NCBI GenBank assembly: GCA_964016885.1
Contig: OZ024753.1
Span: 1,426,001-1,490,000, forward strand
Direction: 5' to 3'
Source: Eledone cirrhosa
Taxonomy: Eukaryota
DNA: 64,000 bases
Below, piece by piece: positions 47,609 through 59,766 of this stretch. A model generated the notes under the pieces. That model worked only from the letters and a program-made list of their open reading frames with translations, did no database searches and was not told the origin of the DNA. The number at the start of each line of letters is the position of its first letter. Positions within the stretch are counted from its first letter, which is position 1. Both the position numbers and the translations under genes were made by a program.

Positions 47609-47662
<54 letters not shown>

Positions 47663-47680
47663 TACCTGTATACATACAGA

Positions 47681-47724
<44 letters not shown>

Positions 47725-47813
47725 TATACCTGTATACATACAGATATTTATATATATATAAAGTTATACCTGTATACATACAGATATTTATATATATATA
47801 AAGTTATACCTGT

Positions 47814-47846
<33 letters not shown>

Positions 47847-48069
47847 TATACCTGTATACATACAGATATTTATATATATATATATACATATATATAAAGT
47901 TATACCTGTATACATACAGATATATATATATATATATATACATATATAAAGTTATACCTGTATACATACACATATATATATATATACAGTATATATATGT
48001 TTCGTTGAACTATATATGTCTGTATACACAGATCTTTGTGTGTATATACACATATATATACACACAGAT

Positions 48070-48114
<45 letters not shown>

Positions 48115-48218
48115 TCTTTATGTATATATATATATATGTATACACACAGATCTTTATGTATATATATGTATATATGTATACACAGATCTTTATGTTGTAT
48201 GTATATATATACACACAA

Positions 48219-48278
<60 letters not shown>
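47545..48278. repeat. Compound (TA)n satellite with two successive spacer motifs
   Basis: AAGTTATACCTGTATACATACAGATATT and then TACACAGATCTTTATG, separated by variable (TA)n. Confidence 0.9.
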
Positions 48279-48279
<1 letters not shown>

Positions 48280-49427
48280 CAACATTATGATTATTACGGG
48301 GTCGATAAAATAAAGTACCAGTAATACACTGGGTATTTGCTGGCCTTGTTGCCTAACGTAGAAACAATTATTACAGGGTCGATACAATAAAGTACCAGTA
48401 ATACACTGGGTAATTGCTAGCCTTGTTGCCTAACGTAGAAACAATTATGATTATTACTAGAAATAATATATTATTAGTTGCTACATTAGTAATGTATCAC
48501 TATGAATACTAAATCACAGAATGACATCTAACATATAAATACTGAAGACCCCCCCCCCCCCCCATACTGTTTATGGGGTAGGATACCATTAATTAATGGG
48601 ATCCCAATTTAACTGCTATCATATATATTCTCTTCTTTATCCACCATCTCCGACATCGAAACAACAAACAACTCACCTAGTGAACGACATTTCATGTCTT
48701 TGTTAAGCTTGTTAAACCATCAAGATCATTTCATTATTATTAGTTATTTATTATTAGGTTAACTTTGCCTTTCATCCTTACCGGGTTGATACAATAAAGT
48801 ACCAGTAATACACTGAGTATTTGCTGGCCTTGTGCCTAACGTAGAAACAATTATTATTAGTTATTATTCATAACGAAAGTCATTTATTTACACTAAAACA
48901 TTACATGGAATGTCTTAACGTTTCTAAGTTCAAATCCCACCAAAGCCATCTTTGCATTTCTTCCCTGTCGTGGGTTCATATATAAACCTCCATCTAATCA
49001 TATACTGCACCTCCATCTAATCGATTCTTCCCTTTCTCCAGTCTTCATCTCTCGCTATGTTGCTTATCTAAGTAATTATAACTATTAACATTTCTCTAGG
49101 AAGGAAAGGATCTTTATCCATTTTTCTTCTTATTTTTTCCACCCATTTTTCAGAGGGTTGTATTTTGTTATCTTTTTTCTTTTCGTTTTTAAGAATTAAC
49201 GAAACATTATTATGTTTGCATCGTTAATAAAAGTAGTTTTTCTTTCTCTAAAAAAAAAAATATATATATATATATAATAATAATAATCATTATAAAATAT
49301 AAATATAAGACTTACATGGTTTGTGTGTCTCGCAACCTGACTACAGAAGATTACAAACTAAACACAAGAATGAAATACTATGAAATGACACAAGCTACAT
49401 CTCGTATCAACGAGATTATGTAAATCA

Positions 49428-50085
49428 CTTCTTTCTCTCCTCCTCCTTCTTCTTCTTCTTCTTCCCTATCATCTTATCTTTTACTCTTTCGTTTACTCTC
49501 TCCCTCTCTCTCTCTCTGGCTCTTATAGTTTCTCAATTATCCAACATTACTTTCTCTTTTACTCTTCTTTTATAGTCTCTCTTTTACTCTTCTTTTATAG
49601 TCTCTCTTTTCCTCTTTTTCTTCCCCTTATTTCTTCTCTTATTTCTTTTTTCCGTTTTATTATCTTTTTTCTTCTTTTTTACTCTCTCTCTTTCTTTTAC
49701 TTTTTCTTCTCTTCAGCTTCGTCTTTCTTTTACCCCCTTTCTCTCATCCATTCTTCTATTACAGTTTCTCACTTACCCCCAATCTCCCATTACTACCCCC
49801 CCCCTTCTACACTCTCCCATCCCCATCTTACTATCACTTTCTACTCTCTTTCTCATTCTCTTCCTCCTCTCCCTCTCTCGCATCGTCCCCTCTATTCTTC
49901 TTTCTCGGTAATTCCTTATTTCTTTCTTCATCTTCTGTTCTGTTCTGTTCTACTCCGATTTTTCTTCTATCTTCTCAATTCTTTCCTCATCCGTTGCTTC
50001 TCATTCGCTCCCTCGTTCCTCACGTTTTCAAATGTTTTTCTTCTGTATCTATCTATTTCATTCTTCGTTTTTACATTATCAATTC
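49428..50085 (+). repeat. Pyrimidine-rich low-complexity tract of about 650 bp
   Basis: Strongly C/T-biased on +. Confidence 0.85.
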
Positions 50086-52634
50086 TTTAAAATAAAGTAC
50101 CAGTAATGCACTGGGCTCGATTTAATCGACTCCCCCACCCCTCTCCCACCAAAAAATTACTGGCCTTATTTCTGGGTTCTCTAGTTCCTCCTCGTTTCCC
50201 TTTTCCCCCCTCTTTCTCCTTTTCATGATGTTTCTTTTCTTCGACACCCTCACAAACATACACACACACACACACACTTGCACTGCCCCCACCACACTTC
50301 AATACTTTTCAATAATGCACTCACAGGTTAACAAATAATAATAACAATAATTGTTTCTACTTTTGGCACAAGGCCAGCAATTACCCCAGTGTATTACTGG
50401 TACTTTATTTTATCGACCCTGTAAGGATGAAAGCCAAAGTTAACCTCGTGATATGCTTATTCCAAGATTTCGCTTTAGAATTACTGCGAATTAGAATGTC
50501 CACCCAGAATATGCCGAATCTTCCTATGTCCTAAGTACCAAAACCTTGTGCATTATTGTTGTTGTTATTGGCGTCGTTATATTCCCATAGTTTGTTTTGT
50601 TTTTTCTAACTTTATTTTATTTGGTCAGTCATTTTTCTTTTTTTGTACTGTCATTTTTACTAATTCAATTTTCTCTGCTTTTCTTGCCTACCTGTCTCAC
50701 TCCACTTTGCTTTTCTTGCCTAACCTATGTTACAATCTTTCTTTATTGAAATTGTCTCTCTTTCTCTCTCGCTCTCATTTCATTTTATCCTTTCTCGCCT
50801 CCTACTTTTTATTTTTGTATTTTTTACATCTATTCCTTTATCTCATTCTTTCGGCCCCTCCCATCTAATTCTCTCTTCTCTTCGCTACTTTTAAACCACC
50901 TGTCATCACACCTGTTCTCTGTACCTTTTCTTCTCTAATTTAACTCGTTTGTCGATCTCATTCCAGTTTCTCCTTACTTTTCAGCACTATTAACCCCGAA
51001 CTTCACACACACACTCATCAGGTGTGCGCTATGGTGGCATGCCCACTACAAGTACCGAACTTAGGCATATGCTTAACAAAATATACATTAAGACCTTACA
51101 TTCCGCAGTGGTTCACCAAAAATACTTTCAATATTTTACGAGACTCTCCAGTGGCTCCTGGATGTTATCTAACCATCTTACTCTTGGTCTACCCCTGGGC
51201 CTTCCGCCGGTTGGTTTTACCAACATTCTTCTATTGGTAGTGTACAGTACCAGATCTAGACTTGTTAAAGCCCTCAACCATATAAAACATGGAGGCCCCT
51301 TGTTAAAAATATACACCAGAGGCTCTTCTTCTTTGTCCACTTATTCCTTGGAGGGTTGTTGGAGCAGAGTCCTCAAACGCCTTCCAGTGGGTCCTGCCAA
51401 AAGCAACCGTCCCCAATTGTTCTGAATGGATCCCCAAGCGAGATGATGCGGTTAGAATGTCTTGGAAAGAATCGTTGGACAGATTCCTTGTCGAATCGGA
51501 AGTTCGTCTAGTTAGCAAAAAACGTTTGGCCAATTTGATCATATTACGAAAACCATTTACCCCTTGCAACGAAACAATAGTGACATTGTAATTGACTAAT
51601 AGTGGATGTATTGACCCCCTAACTCCTGGTGGGATCGTAAGGGAGTTGTAATTACATGTTAAACCTTGCGGAGCTCATCTCTCTTCAGGTCTCAACACAA
51701 CCGATTTCTTCCAGAGAAGAAAAGAGAGTGATAGAGAAGTGAGAAAGAATCGATCCCATGGACTGCTGGCACTTTTTTTTTTTATCGATCTCGAAAGGAT
51801 GAAAGGCAAAGTTGACCTCAATGAGATTTGAACTCAGAGGACCGAAACAAATACCGCAAAACATTCTATCCGATATCCTAACAACTCTATCAATTCGCTA
51901 CCAGTACGTTTAATAATTAATACTACCAGATTTCATTAAAAAACGACTGCCGTTCCATTTGCTATGCTGTGTGTGAGTGTATGTGTTTGCATAAATGTAT
52001 GTGTGTGTGTTTGTGTAAATGTGTCTGTGAGCGTGTATTTTTCTGTGTCTGTGTTTGCGTGTTTATATTTATATAGTCATACATATAAATGTATGCATAT
52101 GCACACACATATATACACATACGCGTCAGCGTGTTGAAAAAAATCCTTGTTCTTCAAAATTCATTTGTTCCTTTTGCAAATCAAACCTCGTAATTCCATA
52201 GGAACATTTAATATAACTGAAATGTATAAATATATAAAAAGAAAGTGGAATTTTGTTGAGAAAGGCGTTACGCAATCGTCACCTTACTGATATTAGAACA
52301 CATCCTTTTGACAATAACTTAAGGAATCTGGTGGGATGCAAGTTCAAGAAATTATACGGTGTCCGGAAATTGGCGGAAAGTATCGAATATTTTTACCACT
52401 TATTCACATATATCTCAACTGAATATATATACACATAGATTCGTATGTAGATATACACACTCAGATGATTTCCGTACAGACTTAAATAAAAGGCATTATC
52501 AAAAGCATTATATAATATATATTATATATGTTATTTTAAACTACTTGATGGAAATGTATTAACGGCTTCATAAAAAAGAGATTCTCCCCCCTCCCCCCAG
52601 CATGCTTCAGTGCTAGGGAGGAGGAGAAAAATTC

Positions 52635-52709
52635 CGCGAAAACTGTATAAATATAAGAGCGGGAAATCATCTGTGTTCGTGTGAAGTGACAAAGTATTTG
52701 TGAGTAAGT
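52635..52709 (+). promoter_or_regulatory. Candidate core promoter and non-coding exon 1 of the kelch gene
   Basis: TATAAATA at 52646-52653, E2F-like motifs at 52635-52642 and 52659-52666, overlapping donors GTGAGT (52700) and GTAAGT (52704), acceptor TTTCAG ending 52791 just before the ATG at 52800. Confidence 0.55.
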
Positions 52710-52799
52710 TGTAGCTTCTTATAAATTTGTCTAATCACCACATTTCCTTTTTATTGTTTGTAAATTTCACCCGTCTTTGATTGTCTTTCAGTTGTTAAC

Positions 52800-53606
52800 A
52801 TGGGAAACAACGTTAGTCTTTCCACCGAAGGATCTCCAGTGGAGAATGATCTCAACGTCACATGGAAGCAGGTAAGTTTCTGTTGTTTCCTAAGAACGGC
52901 CGTTTCTACTACAGGATCAATATTATACTCAATATTTTGTTTATTATATCTCCCCCTTTATCTCCTCCGTAGCTGACGTGTTATATCAGTATCTACTTTA
53001 TTTTTCATCCTTTCTGGGACGATCATCAAATAAGTACTAATATTCTGAGATAGATTTAATGAACAATTCGGTTTCGAAATAAATAAAAAAAATATGGTGG
53101 TGATATAACGCAGGAAGTACTAAGAAGCAACATTTAAAATCTTTTGACATTCGTTGACCAAAATTAGATAGCTTCTTAATGCTCGTATAAGACAACATAT
53201 TTTCATTCATCCCAAAATGAAATATTAGATATTTGGAATTAAAAATAAAAAAAGTTTAAAGTCCCTAAAATTTAATTTGATCTAGACTTCAAAAGTTGCT
53301 TCATAGTAATCGTCGCTTTTTGAGTTTTGCCACCATTCTACTTCACTATTCTTAATTCCATTCTAAAGCTGTTTCTCTTTTTTTCTTTTGCATGGAATCC
53401 CATTTCATCCTATTTGTTAAAATAAAAATAAAAATTCAATTCAAATTCCAACTGTTTTTTTTTTTTTTTCGATCTTTCAATCCATAGTTGAATCACATCC
53501 ACCTAGTAGTTGAATCCCGTCGAAATTCTTCTTGCTCTGTTGAAATTACTTCACTAAAATCAGTTTGACAAACTCATTAATAACACTTTTCTCTTTTTTT
53601 TAAAGA

Positions 53607-53642
<36 letters not shown>

Positions 53643-56600
53643 ATCCTTGACCTTACGTCGTTTTTCTATTTCATTCCTCTCTCTCTCTAAGCAATTTCCA
53701 TATGTAATTTATAATATCATCGCTAGTGAAGAAATTCAGTTTCTTAATCCTGCATTTGTTTTACTATTGCACTGGCGGTAATATTTACAATCGTTCGCTG
53801 AGTGAGTTATATGATTTCATATGACAATTAGCATCGAATAAATTAACTGAATTGAAGTTTGTAAAAGAGGTGTTTATAGATCTCTGTTGTCACTTAACAC
53901 ATTTCGATTTCTGAAAGCAGCTGCATTTTATTATTTTTTGTTTGTTGTTAAAACTGAAGGTGAAGAGCTCCGGTTCGTTGGAAGCGTGTGAAGGCCAGTC
54001 GTTCTGCAGTTTGGGCAACAAACTGTATGTTTATGGTGGTGTCGTACAGAAAGGCGATGGTGATATTACAACCACTAATGCATTACACTGTTTTGATACT
54101 GGTAAGTAATTTTTTTAAGCGGCTGTCGATAACCCTTATCAAATAATTTTGTTTTCATTCTGCGGGGGAAAAAAAATCTTTCTGTGTTTGTATGAATTTC
54201 TAGTAGTTTTTTTTTTTTTTTAAGAAATCTTTGCTCTTTTCTTTTATAAATTTTAATGCGAAGCACTCGCATAGCCACGTAACGTTGCCTTGCATAAACG
54301 TTGTTCATTTGAAGCCCTTGCGTTTGTTGGATGTGGTTCACCTGACGTCCTAATGCTAGTGCGGCCTACTTCTATTTAATCCTACACAAACCGGTGTTTT
54401 TTCTTTCTTAATTGTTACTTCAGGTGTCTAGATTCTGTTCTGCTTATTGGACGTTTGCTTATCTTTCTCTCACTTATACTTTGACAGCTTTCTTTTATTA
54501 TTATTGTTGTTGTGGGGGAAGTGAGGTTTAAAAGTTAACGTACCTATCTCGTGTTAGTCGGAAAGTTGTCAATGTGGGAGGGATAACAATAAATGTACAC
54601 ATAGATCGTTTTGGCGTGGATTATGTTCTTAACGTTTATTTTGCTCGTTATGGATATCATTGAATATAGATGAAGAAAATAAAAATATCTCATTCGAGCC
54701 GACGAGAGAGACCTGCCGTAGCTCTAACGTATATTCAGTGCATTCGGTGAATCGGACGATATATTTTTAAAAGGGTATATATTGTCGATGATACTCCCCA
54801 CCAGCTTAAAAATAAAAATTCTTCGGTTGAGAATTTGGGTTTTAGAATTTGCCCCCCCCCCCCCCCCCAAAAAAAAATCCAATTAAAAAAAAAAAGAGTA
54901 TACATTTTTATAAGTATAGCCGTCTCACTTGTTAATGCTGCTTCATACATACAGGATGTCAAGTCGAAAAGTACAAAACAGCAGTCTACATCACATTAAA
55001 AATTGATCTGTTCACTAGTAAAGGTTACTATAAACATTTGGATTAAGATTTCAAATATTTTCTAATAAATCATTACAAAGTGTTAATGCACAGAATCTTC
55101 TGTTTAGTGTCTATATTCCATCTATATTTGGGTTTAGATAGGCTGTTATGTACAGAGACTGTCAGATGGCTCTCTGGCTTGGGCACTTTTTGGCATGGGT
55201 ACCCTTGCTGATGCCAACCATTTTGCAGTATATAGTGGAAGCATTTTATCCTGATGCTGGTACACCCCCTTACAGGGTGAACCGAGTGCATTTTATTGTG
55301 GCACCAGTACTACCTCATTACAACACTAGGATACTCACTAAGGTGTATCCTTGGTCAGGCTGGGGAGGCATTGATGGAAAGGGGCTGGCTATATGCTACT
55401 TTTAAGCTGCAGGAATCAGGGGTGAGGCTATATGCTGCTCTAGCATTCATTTTATTTGGCTTCAACATGTTTACAATGAGGGTTTGTTAGTCAAAATATT
55501 GGTTAATTTAGAACCTTCACCACTTATACTCACGACAACGTTTCAAGTTCTTCTAGATTGCCGAGTCAAATATAAAGTTACTAGCTGAAGACTACAATCT
55601 GTAAAGATTTAGCAGAAATATCAAAAAACATGTTTGTTAATTCATCATCCAGTTTTTGGTATTGTTATAATAAATAACATCTCATAGATTATATGTAAGG
55701 TAAAGCCTTTATTGTGAAAATATAATAGTAAATATAGAGTAATTGTCATCATTTTAGGTCCATTCTTCATGCTAGCATGGGTTAGATGAGTTGTCCTGAT
55801 GTGGGCAATGCCAGGTCAGGTAACTGTGTCTTGCTCATACAGAACTGATTTGGGCTTGGTTTCTGCAGCTGGATGCCCTTCCTAATGCCAACCTCAGTAA
55901 TGTAAATGCTAAAGGGTTAAATGAAGTAGTACTGAGTTAAGAATATTGTCTGTGAAATGGTTGTGAGACTTACCTCATATATGATCACACTCTGCTTGTC
56001 AAGATACTATGAAAGAATTAAATATGTCATCAAAGTATTGTTTTCTCTTTAGAATCGTAGATATAAAGGTTTTTTGACTTGCAATTTTTGTTTTTTATAC
56101 ATAAATATGTAACATTTCTGTGATTAAATTTCTTTTTTTTCTATTTGAATTTGTTTAGAGACTGAGAAGTGGACGTCATGTGAAACAAATGGAGAAGTTC
56201 CAAAGCCATCATCTGGATCTGCAATGGCTGCTATTGGGAACAATCTTTATGTATTTGGTGGACTTAACCAAGATGTTGGATGGTTTAATACTGTACATAC
56301 TTATAACACAGGTTTGTATATATGTATATATTACATTTGGGGAGGGTCAGGTTGTCCTAATATTTCCAGAAAAATAGTAAAAGACTGTTTAGTTTGGTTT
56401 TCGCTTCAGTATATTTTTATACACAATTTCATATCAAAAACCTTACAAAACAAATATATCACCACTATATATATATATATACATGTGTATGCATATATAT
56501 AAATATATGTATATATATAATTATCAATTTTTGTCTTTGTTAGTTTGTTTTAACAGGACATTTTGTGACAGTATTTTACAGCCAAATGCCCTTTCTGAAA

Positions 56601-59600
56601 CCAGCATTTTTAGTTGCTTTATGACATGCAGGGATAGGGTGTATGTATTATGTATGTATCTGTGTGTGTGTGTTGTTGGCTGAATGGTTCAGAAGTTTAC
56701 TTCACAATTGTTAGGTTCTACATATAGTTCCACCATATGACATCTTGTGCTTCATTTACCATAATTCCAGATCGACCTATACATTGAGTGAAATTAGGCT
56801 GGTGGTGGTCTATTTGTTTTTTGTTATCAGATAAAAATACTTTTTTTTTTAATTTAATTTTATTTTTTTTTTTTATCAGATAAAAATACTTGGTCCCTTC
56901 TGAACACAAGTGGAAATGGCCCTAGTCCAAGAGATAAAGTGTCCTGTGTAGTCGCTGGCAAAAATATATATTACTTTGGTGGATTTGGACCCAAAATAAC
57001 AGGGGATGAAGTAAGTATATTTTATTCTTGTATAGGCTGACCTGGAGCTAACATAAAACTCAAACACTTCATACCTGCACTTGCTCCCATGAACAGACCC
57101 TAGAAGTATCCTATCCTGTAATCAGGACATGACAATCTGACTATCTATGTTGTTCTGGTCTAACTGCTTGTTGTATTTAACTACAGCCACCCAATAACTA
57201 CATATCAAGGAAATATATCTACCTCACCTGCAGACACCCAATAACTACATATCAAGGAAATATATGTACCTCACCTGCAAACACCCAATAACTACATATC
57301 AAGGAAATATATGTACTTCACTCTTTAACAATCCAACTGATTTCCTAATTTCTCCAAAAGTTTCTAAAAGTGCTAGCTAGGCTTCATAATCTGATGTTTT
57401 TCATCTTCAGGATGATGAAGAGGAGGATGAAGATAAAGAAGCAGATGAGGAAGAGGTGACTTCTGATGAAGAGGAAGGTGGCTTCCAGCAGAAAGGAGTG
57501 GAATTTAAATGGTTTGATGATTTGTTTATTCTTAATACAGGTATGTATGTACTGTCTAATCTTTGATTAGTGTTATTGAGTAGCTTAGTTGGTGTATGCC
57601 ATAGGAGGTGATTGAATAAAGCATTTCATAGTTCTGGATCAATTCTTCTACGAAGAGTTACAACTGGTAGATAGTATTAACAATGGAAATACCAATGGTA
57701 GCATAGTTCCATTGTCCCATTCTGATAATTGACATGGTTTTATCTTCTGTTACCATATTTCTAATGAAACATTATTGGTTAAGGTGTCTGGCTCATTGTA
57801 AGGGTATGGGTTTGATTCCTGGCAGTTGTATCCTTGAGCAAAAAGCACTATTTTCATGTTGCTCCAGTTCACTTAGCCAGCAAAATGAGTTGTACCTGGA
57901 ATTCAAAGGGCCAGCCTGTCATACACTATCATGTTGAATTTATCTGTGGGATACTCAGCTATTTGTATGTTAATTTCACAAGCGGGCAGTTCTGTTGATT
58001 GTATCAATAGAAACACTTACCAGAACTGAGTTTCAACTCTGAGACATTGCCTATGATTTTTAGATTTTCAAAATAATCAAGAAAAGTTACCAAACAGTGT
58101 GGGTAGTGATGGCTCTTTAGTTAGGCCAAAGACATGACCTCCCTAATGTTGTTGCAATACATAGTGGATTCTAGTGCGATCAGTGGCTCTGATTAATTAC
58201 TACTGACTTAGGTTTGTGATGACTCTGGCTTTTTGCTAGCTACAAAAACGGACCATTAGATAATGGCGTTATATTGTACAATACTTCATATTTTCTTCTT
58301 GTACTGAATTATGGTGATGATGATATTTTCTCCCTCTAGATACAGAAGTATGGTCCCAACCTATGCATATGAACCTTGCTGTGCCATCAGCAAGAGCTGC
58401 ATCAACAATGTGTGTTTCAGGACGAAATATTATTATATTTGGAGGCCGAGACTCTAAAGGCAGACAAAATGATGTTCATACTTACAACATAGGTAAGAAA
58501 GCTTTTAATAACTCCTTTCATTACCATATTTCTAATGAAAGACACTGCCAATCTGTTCTAATAAATTTTGAAAATAATCAAGATGGAAGCCTTTAATATA
58601 TGTCTGAACACTTTAAAACAGTTTTGTGCCATAAAACCAGGGGTTGAAAGGGTTAGTTTTTTTTCTTAATAAATTGCAATTATTTTCCATTAGTAATTGT
58701 CATTTGATTTGCAGTCAGGAATTATTTTGTCCATCATATTGACTCTTGGTCCGTTTTCAAGTCTCATACTTCATCATCATCGTTGTTTTAACATCCACTT
58801 TCTCTTGGATGGGTCTATTTAATTTGAGAACAATACCTTAACATCAGTATGAATGGCCAGTTACAGCCAGTTTGAATAGAAAGAGGTGAGAGAATTCTGG
58901 CCGGATATGGTAGACAGTGGTAATCTATGTAAACGAGATGTCACAATAAAATACACTGAGAAGAGACAGTGGTAATGTATGTAAATGAGATACAGACCAC
59001 TAGCCCATCTGAGAGGTCAGGAGTTCTGATTGAATACTGGCTGGGTCTGTGAAGATCTGTTCAACCTTTGCTAGCTGGGAAGACATTAAATGATGATGAT
59101 TTTTAAAGCAAGCTTTGTATCACAGAACTAGGGGTGGTGGGAGGCGGTCAAGCGATTTGGTAATGAAAGAGTTAACCTTTTCATTAAAAGATAAATGCAT
59201 GTCATATGTTGGTCTTTCTGTACTGCTAAGCTCACTTTTTTTTTTTTTGTGCTGCATATTCAAACTATTACTAGTAGTGGTAGCAGCAGTAGTAATGACA
59301 GTGGTGGTGGTAGTAGTAATGGTAGTAGTGGTGGTGGCAACTACTTCATTCAAAATGTGTGTCAGATTTTAGTTGGGAAGTAATGTATCAAGCAGGTCAA
59401 CATGACACCAACGCCTCTAAAAGTACATGCGTTTTGACATTTTATTTCGGAAAGTACTTTCATGTCTATCCACTATTTATAGATACTTCAGCCATGTTGA
59501 GTGTGTGTGCATGTGTATATCTGTGTCTGAGTGTGTATGTCTCTGTCTCTCTGTGTGTAGTCATGTCATGCATTCACATGTACAGTCACACACATTAATT

Positions 59601-59696
59601 TTTACTGGTTTCAATCATTGGACTGCGGCCATACTGGGGCACTGTTCTCAACTCCCAAGTCTTGCTTTTTTAAGCCTGGTAATTTATTTATTGATA

Positions 59697-59766
<70 letters not shown>

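Noticed and set aside
47518-48387. YI/IY-rich ORFs here and at other (TA)n and (CA)n tracts
   Set aside because: Microsatellite translations.
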